Shown here one piece after another: positions 14,160 through 23,735 of a DNA stretch of 64,000 nt. The stretch comes from Vicugna vicugna (lineage: Eukaryota): assembly GCA_013265495.1 (NCBI GenBank), contig MU058226.1:458741-522740 (forward strand), written 5' to 3'. The notes under the pieces are model-generated. The model searched no databases. It had not been told where the DNA came from and saw nothing but the letters and a program-made list of their open reading frames with translations. How positions within the stretch are numbered: the stretch's first letter is position 1; the number at the start of each line of letters is the position of its first letter. Position numbers and translations under genes: made by a program.

Positions 14160-15500
14160 CACTTTTTTATTCATACATCCATTCAACAAATATTTATTGA
14201 GTACGTACTATGATACCAGTTGTACTTCTCCACCCAGTGAACCAAATGAATGTAAACCCTTGTCCTCATGGACAGTCTAATTGGGGAAGACAGACAATAA
14301 AAATACTATATATAAAGTAGATAAACAAGTTTCTACTGTATAGCACAGGGAACTACCTTCAGTATCTTGTAGTAACCTATAATTAAAAAGAATATGAAAA
14401 GAAATATGTATGTATATGGATGACTGAAACATTATGATGCACACCAGAAATTGGTGTAACATTGTAAACTGACTATATTTCAATTACAAAATAAATAAAT
14501 GAATAAACAAGTATATTAATGGCAGTAGGTGCTTATGGAGAAGAGCTAAGTATGGAGGAGAGGGCTAGGAAGGGCTGTGTGGACTGCAGTTTTTTTTTTA
14601 ATTGAGTTATAATATTGTTTCAATTTCCAGTGTAGAGCACAATTTTTCAGTTATACATGAACATACATATATTCATTATCGCATTCTTTTCCCTGTGAGC
14701 TACCACAAGATTGTGTATATATTTCCCTGTGCTATACAGTATAATCTTGTTTATCTATTCTACATATACTTGTCAGTATCTACAAATTTCGAACTCCCAG
14801 CCTGTCCTTTCCCACCCCCTCCCCCTTGGCAACCACAAGTTTGTATTCTATGTCTGTGAGTCTGTTTATGTTTTGTATTTATGTTCTTTTTAAAATATAT
14901 ATATTCCACATATGAGTGATCTCATATGGTATTTTTCTTTCTCTTTCTGGCTTACTTCACTTAGAATGACATTCTCCAGGGACATCCATGTTGCTGCAAA
15001 TGGCGTTATGTTGTTTTTTTGTGGCTGAAGAGTATTCCATTGTATAAATATACCACATCTTCTTTATCCAGTCATCTGTCAATGGACATTTAAGCTGTTT
15101 TCCATGTCTTGGCTATTGTAAATAGTGCTGCTGTGAACATTGGGGTGCAGGTGTCTTTTTGAAGTAGGGCTCCTTCTGGAAATTGGACTGCAATTTTAAA
15201 TACGGTGCTCGGGGAGGCTTCTCTGAGAAAGTGATATTTGAGCAAAGACTTTAAGGAGGTGAGGGAATACGCCACGTGGACAGATGGGAAAGGAGCGTTT
15301 CAGGCAGAGAGAACAGCAAGTGCAAAGGTCCTAAGGTGAGAATATGTCTAGATGTCTGAGTATTCATGGAGCAGCAGGGAGGCCAGCGCAGCTGGAGCCA
15401 CATGTGTGAGGGGAAGCAGAGGCAAAAGATGCAGCCAGATTGTGTTGGGCCTTGTAGGCCATTGGGAAGAATCTGGCTTATATTTGGAGTGGATTACCTC
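14160..15500 (-). mobile_element. LINE-2 interrupted by two younger L1 3'-end insertions
   Basis: L2 tail ATTCATACATCCATTCAACAAATATTTATTGAG near 14170 and L2 body after 15197. Nested L1 tails at about 14300-14500 (+) and 14594-15183 (-). Confidence 0.75.
14594..15183 (-). mobile_element. L1 3'-end insertion with TSD
   Basis: Poly-T start, L1 3' UTR and ORF2 end (KDTCTPMFTAALFTIAKTWK). TSD TGGACTGCA(G/A)TTTT at 14580-14593 and 15184-15197. Confidence 0.85.
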
Positions 15501-15934
15501 CCAGAGTAGTAGTTCCATGGAGGGTGGCTTGGCCAACTACCAAAGTGACATAGAGTTTAGTGCTCTTTAGAGAAACTTCCTGGGATAGAGAAAGTGACAG
15601 CTGCTCTGGCCATGGGACAAAAGTGAAGGATAAAGGGCATCGAGATGGGCCAGTGAGTGGAGAATGAAACTCAACCTAAACACAGATATGGGGAAAACCT
15701 GGGAAGAACAGAGATGCCAGAAGACACCTCTCTCCCAAACTCAGGGCCCCACCCCCTGGACCACAGAGAGGGCTTGCTCACAGTTAGGGCTGAAGGGGAG
15801 GCGGGACCTCTGGGCAGAGAGCTGCAGAGCAGCAAGGAATCTGATAAGAACCTAGAAATAAGGGAAGTAGATCACTTTGACGTTTAGGCTACACAATCTA
15901 GATCTGAGCAGAGACATGCAGAATCTCCTTAAAG

Positions 15935-16054
15935 CAGTGGTTCTCAATGACTGGTCCTTCCGTAGCATCATATGGAATCATGTTAGAAATGCACATTGTT
16001 GGGCCCCAGCCTGGGTCTGTGGAATCAGAAACTCTGGGAGTGGGGACCAGCAAT
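15935..16054. mobile_element. MER5A-like hAT DNA transposon fragment, followed by a short L1 tail (about 16057-16127, -)
   Basis: CAGTGGTTCTCAA...TGTTAGAAATGCA...GAATCAGAAACTCTGGGAGTGGGG, typical of MER5A. Confidence 0.65.
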
Positions 16055-17029
16055 AGCTTTTTTTTTAATAACTTAATTTTTTTTAAAGTATAGTCAGTTT
16101 ACAATGTTGTGTTAATTTCTGGTGCAGCTCTGTAGAACCATAACTAGCTCACCGATGTTGCTGTTGCCAAAAGACTTTTCTAAAAAGCCTCCTTGTAGAG
16201 CTTTATGGGGAACATACCAACAGTTTATTTCTAAATTTCTCCTCTTGATGCCTGGAAACCATAAAGAAATTGGAAATACACACACACACACATTTTCAGT
16301 GAAGCTAGGAGATAACCTACAAACTCCAATTTATGCGTTACATGTGACCAAATTCCCAGCTGAGCAGGCCATCCCCAGGAGTGCCTCTGGGAAGAGCAGA
16401 AGAGTAGGGAGGGTCCAATGACTGCTGGAAAAAAAAGCAGATATTCCTTCCTGGGAGGAAAGTCTTCATCCCAGGAGGGAAAAGCTGAAGTCAGAGCTGA
16501 CTGAACAGATTCAAATACTTGTAAAGGTGGAGAGAGAATGATTTAACGTGCTCCAAAGAACCCAACCCAGAGGTGGCAGATTTCAGAAAGGGCCAGCAAA
16601 ATTCTTCTAATATTAAGTAAATCCCCTTAGGTGCATTTGGCAGCCTGCAAGGTCTCTTGTGAAATAAAAAAAGCCTAAAGTTGGGGGTGAAATGCTTGCT
16701 TAACTGGGATATGTTCTCAGAGACCAAGGAGGTAGTGGCAACACAATATTTAAGGTAAACCATTGTTATGGCAAAAGAGGAGTCGTCGAAGTTGTAAGTC
16801 TGGAAAGCCCTCCTGGGCACTCTGCCCACGCTCACCTTCTAAACTGCCAACAGTTTAGAAGAATCTAGCTCATTTATAATGATGGGTAACACAACATGTG
16901 AGTAGGAAGACGGGGGAAAATACAGAAAACAAAAATACAAAGCCATTTCAAAAAGAACATTACATTTTATGGGAGAAGAGAGACATTTAATATATATTCC
17001 TAATTTTAAAAATCATAAATAACTGTTGC

Positions 17030-18440
17030 AAAATTTTTTTTTCTCTTTTTAAAATCTGAGTAGTTGTTTAGCATGAACAGTTTTTGTGAAATGCTTTTAC
17101 TGTATTAATTGAGAAGATCATATGGACTTTCCTCCTTAATCTCTTAATGCAGGAGTTTGTATGAATAGAAACCAGGAATTGCATGAATAGTGAATTGCTT
17201 TCCTATGATAAAGACTGCTTGGTTAAGTTTTATATTATTTAGTAAATTCTATTCAGGTTTGCTAATATTTCTAAGTTTTTTTTTTCTCGCATCTGTCTTC
17301 GTGAGGGAAATTGTTATTGTCTTATAGTTTTATTTTCTCAAATTGTCCATATAGCAAGGGTATATTAGTTTCATGAAAGAAGTTGAGAAACTTTTCCTGT
17401 TTTTTGATCACTGGAATAATGTTTATATGATTGGAATGACCTCTGTTTTGAAGGTTTCACAACTATCTGGGTTTGGTGATTTTTTTGGTGGTTAAATTTT
17501 GAACATCTAATTCAGTTTCTTTAATGGTTACAAACATATCAGGCTTTTAATTTTTTCTTGAGTCAGTTTTGGTCATATTTTTTTTCTAGAAAATTATTCA
17601 TCTTCTCAAAATCTGCAGTCTAAATATCTGCTGCATCTGACATTACATTCCCTTCAAATTACTTTTGTGTTTGCCCGTGTATGCCTTTTCTTTTCTTTTT
17701 CTGCTTTACCAATTTGGATAGAGATTTTTTAATATAAGAAGTCTCTGTAAATAAACGAATAAATAAATACTTAATTACCCTCCCCCCCAAAAAAAAAACT
17801 AAAAAAAAAAAATAAGAAGTCTCTGTAAATATGTATTTGTTTTCTGCTCTATTATTTTCTATTTCATTTATTTCTAAAATTATCTTTATTATTTCCTTCT
17901 AAGATTTTGGGGAGTTACTCTGTGCACTTTTTGTAATTTCTTGAGATATCTGTTCAACTCATTAATTTTCAAACTTTCTTTTGTAATATGCACATTTACT
18001 TTCTTCCATGAATTGTTTTAGCTACATTCCACAGTTTAGATATGCAGTGTTTTCCCTGTCATTCCATTCAAAATATTTTAAATTCCATTGTATTCTCTTT
18101 TAGCATTTTAATTATTTAGAAGTAGGTTTTTTAAAGTTTACAAATATGTTAGAAATGCATCTTTAAATTTTCCAAACATACGATAAATATTTTTTGTTAC
18201 TCTTCAGTTCTCATGGATTTTGGTCAGCAATTGTATTCTATAGATTTTGATTCTTTTTTCTAAATGTCTATCTGTGTACCTGAAAACAATGCCTACTTCC
18301 TAATTTTTCTAGTTATTCTAATATACTGCATAGTTCCATTAGAGCAAAATTGTTGATTGTCTGGTTTCACTCCTCTATGTCTTTAGGTTGACTTACCACT
18401 TTCTGAGAGATGTAAGTTAAAGTCTTCTACTAATATTATA
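17030..18440 (-). mobile_element. Ancient, highly degraded L1 fragment
   Basis: Very T-rich + strand with antisense L1 ORF2-like motifs (AATGCTTTTACTGTATTAATTGAGAAGATCATATGG; TTTAGCTACATTCCACAGTTTAGATATG). Boundaries approximate. Confidence 0.6.
17754..17811 (+). mobile_element. Severely 5'-truncated SINE tail with a 20-bp TSD
   Basis: Insert AACGAATAAATAAATACTTAATTACCCTCCCCCCC-A(n) resembles the 3' end of the SINEs at 22111 and 42937. Perfect TSD ATAAGAAGTCTCTGTAAATA at 17734-17753 and 17812-17831. Confidence 0.8.
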
Positions 18441-18794
18441 GGGAAAAAAAAAAAAAGGATCCTTGCACGGAGAGTCTGAGGGCACCCAGGAGTGGTCCCA
18501 GCTATCCAGCCTGGCAGAGTCAGGGAAGGCTTCTCAGTGGAGGGTGATCAGTCCCCAGAGGGAAAGGTGAATACTTTGCCAGTGTTGGCTCATTCTTCCA
18601 CTCAGAGGGAAATCAGGGAGAAAGGGAGTGAGAGATGGAGTAGGGGAAAGAGATGTGCTGATGGGGAAGGGTGGGAGGGACATCATAGAGTAAGATGAGA
18701 AAGCAAAAAGAGATGTGGAGAGAGGTGGGGGAAGAGAAAGGGAGAAATATGAAGAGAGAATGAATTAGTGAATAAGCAGACGTGTACGTGCACT

Positions 18795-18808
18795 CACACA
18801 CACACACA

Positions 18809-18838
<30 letters not shown>
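18795..18838. repeat. Palindromic compound microsatellite (CA)8-CG-(TG)13
   Basis: Read directly from the sequence. Confidence 0.95.
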
Positions 18839-18843
<5 letters not shown>

Positions 18844-19153
18844 AGGGAGATAAAGATATTTAGAGGGATGTGGCATGTGGGTAGAGAGATAGGGAAGAAA
18901 CAAATGGTAAAAAATAATAAAGACAGACAAAAAAGAGTTACGGGCAGAATGTTGAAGATATAGGAGATAAGGCAAGAAGTGAGGGAAAGAGAGCCCAGGG
19001 AAGATGAAGACAGGATGTTCGCTCCACATTACTCTCTGGGGCTGGGCATGGGGTGTTGATAGGACAAGGCAAGGTAGTGGACAGACAGAAGCTAAAATTA
19101 AGGCCCGGTTGGGAAAAGCCATGTATTGGTTCCTCAGGCTGCCTCATGCTCTG

Positions 19154-19171
19154 TGACCACCAGGGGGCAGC
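19154..19171 (+). promoter_or_regulatory. Candidate CTCF site
   Basis: TGACCACCAGGGGGCAGC closely matches the CTCF core consensus. Confidence 0.55.
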
Positions 19172-19410
19172 CCTTGCCTTGCCGTGGAACCTCAGTGCCA
19201 CAGCCTCTGCTTAGATGGCCCTGAGGAGGCAGCCACTGTTGATGGAGAATGGCTGTTATTCCTCCCCAGATTGTCGGGTACCTGTGCTTGTCTGGGTGGT
19301 TCAGAAAGGCTCAATAACTTGTTCAAGATCATGTAATCAGTTTGTAGGGAAGCTGGCATTTGAATCTAGCCTGACTCCAAGCCAGCGTTCTTAACCATAA
19401 AATCGGCTCA

Positions 19411-19574
19411 CAGCAAAAGAGAATGTGACAATGAATGTATGTATGTTCATGCATAGCTGAAAAATTGTGCTCTACACTGGAATTTGACACAACATTGTAA
19501 AATGACTATAACTCAATAAAAAAAATGTTAAAAAAATCCACAAAATCAATGCTTCTTCAAAAAAAAAAAAAAAA
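19411..19574 (+). mobile_element. L1 3'-terminal fragment with two A-tails
   Basis: Same L1 tail family as at 8370-8450 (TTGACACAACATTGTAAAATGACTATAACTCAATAAAAAAAA), then a short unique spacer and a second A16 tract. Lies next to a MIR fragment (about 19300-19400). Confidence 0.75.
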
Positions 19575-21419
19575 GGCTAGCAGTCCATGCTCTCCCAGCA
19601 TTCCACAGGGGACCCGGTTCTCACCCAGGATGAGCGAGGCAGGCACCCGGAACCCGGCTGCAGTGGAGCTTGCTTCCCCTAGGTTGAGCCCCTTTATGTT
19701 GCATGTTGATGTTCGGGGCTCCAGGGTCCCTTTTCTCTGGTCCTACAGGAGGGCAGATGGAGCAGGAAGAATAGAGTTTCTCTTGGGGCAATAAAGGTTG
19801 TTGTGATGTGTGGGGAAAAGGCTCCAGATCACTGCAGTGAAGGGTGGGAACTGCACAGTCTACGATTGTATTATGAAAGAGAGCTGGAAACACGGACAGA
19901 AAGAGTATGTATTAATGTGAAAGGAACCAGAGAGCAAATGTGCAGTGAGGGCTGGGCAGGTTTCCCCCAGCACATTACACGTCATCCTTCTTTTCTTCGT
20001 GCTGTGTTATCTCATGTAGGTGGGTAATATGTATCCAAGAGTGTGTGGTGTACTCTTGTACTAATCCTCCATAACCTTGGAGTTCTGTGTATTGCAATAT
20101 GTTTTTCACTTTTGTCTTTAAAAATATATTTTACTACAGAAAACTACATTTTCTAGAAACTAGAAACTACATTTGTAATTGCTCAATAATGTGAGTTAAA
20201 TAATGAATAAAATAATCAAAATGAGTGAATTTACCAGTGGGTGATAAATCTGTGCAGAATGCACTAGGTAAAGCAGACCTCTGTGAGAGGTGTATCCCTT
20301 TAGTGGAGACCAGAATATGAATGAGTCCAAACTTCTCCATCAGCTGCACTCTCTCTGCCAGTCCACCCAAGTCCACACAGTCTAAGTGAAACCGGATGAC
20401 TGCTATGTAAATGCAGCTTCCAGACAAAGTCCCTAGCAACCCCCTGCAGCCACCAGCTGATGGATGGCGTCAGCTAATCCTCTTATTTATAGAATTTCTA
20501 GAGCAGCCCTGGGGGAGGGCCAGAAGGGAATGGATGGGATTGGCTTGGGCACTGTTGAGCCAAGGGGAGGGGAAGTAGTTTAGCTTTGGGCCCAGAAAGT
20601 CTCCTGGAGGCTTATTCTGGGTAAAGGGTTGATCTTCTTGAACCTCAGAAGGTGGGGGAACCACTTCCTGGTCTCACTTGTCCACCAACCCATCCTGACT
20701 TACCAACCATCTAAGCTCCACCCTCTCCCTCAAACCTGCCCACATGCTGCCCGCACTTCCTAGTGACCCAGATACCGCTGTCTGCAACATCCTCTTTCCT
20801 CAGGGAGGCAAGCATTTGATGCCCGATGTCCTAGGCAGTTGAGTCCTTGGTAAGTGATGTGTGAGTCCTGTGTGTTATAGGAAGCCCCCCACCCCCATCT
20901 AGTGACCCAAGGCCTGGTCACAAGTAGTGGGTCATTCTTCCTCCACCCAGACCTCACTGCTCAGGTTCCCCTTGTCAACAGGAACGCCCTCTGACATGGC
21001 CCGGATGCTGTTGCTCGTCTTTATCACAGTCCATCCAGGTGACAAGGCTTTCTTCTAGGACCCTGAGGGGTGTGGGGCTGGGAGGAGGGAGGAGGCTGGA
21101 TATAGATGCCCCAGTTCACAGTTCCTTCCATGTCACCTCCTCGGAGGGTCATTCCCCAACTTCCATCCCAGAATTCTTTTCTTCTCAGCCACCTTCCTGA
21201 AGAGATCAAATTTAAAGAACCAGTAAAAAGGAAGGAAGGGCTTGAAGGATGGGGTCAATTTTTTTTTAAAGTGGTCAGTTTTAATTTGATGAGTTTAATA
21301 CGCCTATTAAACAAAATCTATTATCTAGGGTCTAGATCAAATTAGCAGTTTGGGAGACCTAATTAAATCTGTTTCTTAATGAACCTGATTTTAATTATCA
21401 GGCAGATCCATTAACTAAA

Positions 21420-21590
21420 TGCAGTGTGAATTCCAGACCCTCAGCTTCAGCATCACCTGGGATCTGGGGCAAATTCCCAAGACCCACTCCAGACCCAGTG
21501 AATAAAGAAGGCTGGGAGTGGGGACTCGGAATCTGTCTTAACAAGCACTCCAGGTGGTGCCAGTGTGCCCTCAAGTTTGAGAATCACTGA
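21420..21590. mobile_element. MER5A-like DNA transposon in NCR3 intron 1
   Basis: CAGCATCACCTGGGA...TTAACAAGCACTCCAGGTG...AAGTTTGAGAATCACTG. Confidence 0.7.
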
Positions 21591-22110
21591 AATAGAAGCA
21601 TGACTGGTAAATTTCATTAACTAAAGAATTTAATCAAGGATTTTAGTAATTGGTTTAATTCATCAATTTAAATGAGTTAAACAGTGATCTCAATCAATTA
21701 TAGCCATGTCTTCACCTGGAGATTTAATTAGTTAATACTCTTTAACAACAACAATAACAAAAATTAGCAAAAGTGGTCTACTACTGAATGCTGTTAGTAC
21801 TAAAATAATACTTGGAATAATGTAATTAATGATATTTAATTAGGCAGCCACGTTCATTAATGAGCTTCAATTTCACTGTGACAGGTTAAGTTTCAGCAAA
21901 ATGTTACTAGTGAATGTAGCTGGAGAATGATGGGAGAGGGTGACAGTTGGTATGGGAAAGAATTTGAAAAACTATTTAATAAGCAATGTTAAGAAATTAG
22001 GTTGGTAAAGAGAAAAGGGTTTTAATGAGGCATCTAAGGACTTGTCCCTCTGGGCCCTCTGTGGGTAGGGGTACAGCTGGGGTATTCTACTGCAAGCTCT
22101 CTTGTCTTTT

Positions 22111-22250
22111 GGAGTTTTGTTTGTTTTGTTTTAGAGGGGAGGTAATTAGGCTTATTGTTTATTTTTTTAAATGGAGGTACTGGGGACTGAACCCAGGACC
22201 TCGTGCATACTGAGCACGCACTTTACCACTGAACTATATACCCTCTCCCA
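22111..22250 (-). mobile_element. tRNA-derived SINE (camelid-type) with TSD
   Basis: Minus strand GGGAGAGGGTATATAGTTCAGTGGTAAAGTGCGTGCTCAGTATGCACGAGGTCCTGGGTTCAGTCCCCAGTACCTCC plus an A-rich tail. TSD CTCTTGTCTTTT at 22099-22110 and 22251-22262. Confidence 0.88.
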
Positions 22251-23735
22251 CTCTTGTCTTTTATCTTTGGAGTAGCTAGGGGATTGTTTCTTTGGGTCTT
22301 CTCTCTGCCCCCAGGATCCTGTGTTCTTTGGGTGTCCCAGCTCCCTGAGATCCACACCCAGGAGGGCCCCCCTGCCTCCCTACCCTGTTCCTTCAATGCC
22401 AGCCAAGGGAGAATGGCCACTGGGTCTGTCACATGGTACCAGGACAAAGTTGCCCCAAGGAAGAAGGTGAGAGATGGGACCCCAGAGTTCAGGGGCCATC
22501 TGGCCCCTCTTGCCTCTTCCTGCTTCCTCAGTGCCCACGAGGCTGAGCTGAACATCTGGGACACCTGAGACCATGATGCCAGAGTCAGCACATGCCAGAT
22601 GGAGGTACTGGGCCTGGCTGTTGGAACAGGGAATGGGACTCTGCTACTGATGGAGAAAGATGAGTTGCTGAGAAGTTGTCTGGTGCTCCTTGTCTGGAGG
22701 CTCCACTCTCTCTAGAAGTTGAGAGACCTTCCTGAGGCCCGCTGCCTTCTGTCCCTCCCTGACCCTGTGCACGCCTCTTCCCCAGGCATCCTTTACTTAA
22801 TGCTCCCCACCCCTTGCCCACATGCAGGACCCCCTCTACTAGTGGCCGGCACAGCCCTCCTCTTTCGGGATGGATTCTATGCCTTCAGCTTTCTCTCTGT
22901 GGCCATGGGCAGTACCATCTATTATCAGGGCAAATGTGGGTAATAGAGCCGGGACAATGGCTGAAGAGATGAGAGGGTCAGTGAGAGGCCTGGAGGAGGA
23001 GACAGAGACCAAGAAGGGGAGGAGGGCTCCAGCGCTGCGCGATTCCTGTCACCTCTTCATCAGGCCACTGTCACCTGGGAACACACTGCCCCTCCCTGGA
23101 TGGCCTCTGATAAGTGATTCCAGACCCCAGTGATCCCAGTGTTCTTCAAGAGACCCCAATAAATCCCTCTCTGCCTCACCATTAGCTGCTTCTTATGAGT
23201 CTTGTGTATTTCTTCTCCATCTTCAGATGCCCCCATGTGCCCCTCTCCGGGTTCTCCCGACTGGCTCTTACTCTCCCTTCTACCAAATTGGGCCTGGACT
23301 GGCCCAAGAAGGGAGCTTCCCAGCACTCCTGCCTAGACCCCCCTCCCACCACCACCATTCTGGGACTCAACGTACCTCCCTCTCCCACGCTCAGGAGGCT
23401 AAGTCCCATTCTCCTGAGAAATGCAGTTTCAGGCATGATTAGTCCTACTTGTCAATGGCCCATAGACAAATTCTCTTTTCTGGCCTTCAGAGGAGCGTGG
23501 GTCCCTCAACACCCTTCTTCACCCAACACCCTTCTTCACCCAACGAATCCCTATCTGACCCCAGAGCGAGCGGGAGGGTAAGTCACTTAGACTTTGATGG
23601 TGGCCATGTGGAGCCGGGGTTTGAGAGGGATGGAGAAGCCCAAGACACAGAATGTGTGAGATCATGGTCTTTACTGGGTGAAACTCAGGGCGGCCCTGAC
23701 CACCCGCCTGGGGTGGGGGAGGCATTTGGGGGTGC

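Larger units (their letters stand above)
20996..23110 (+). pseudogene. NCR3: Natural cytotoxicity triggering receptor 3 (NKp30) pseudogene
   Basis: Exon 1 20996-21038 (MARMLLLVFITVHP); IgV exon 22315-22659 (GSCVLWVSQLPEIHTQEG...LPCSFNASQGRMATGSVTWY...); TM exon 22828-22935; exon 4c-like 23064-23110. In-frame TGA at 22566-22568, and the exon 2 donor reads AT (22660-22661) instead of GT. Confidence 0.92.
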
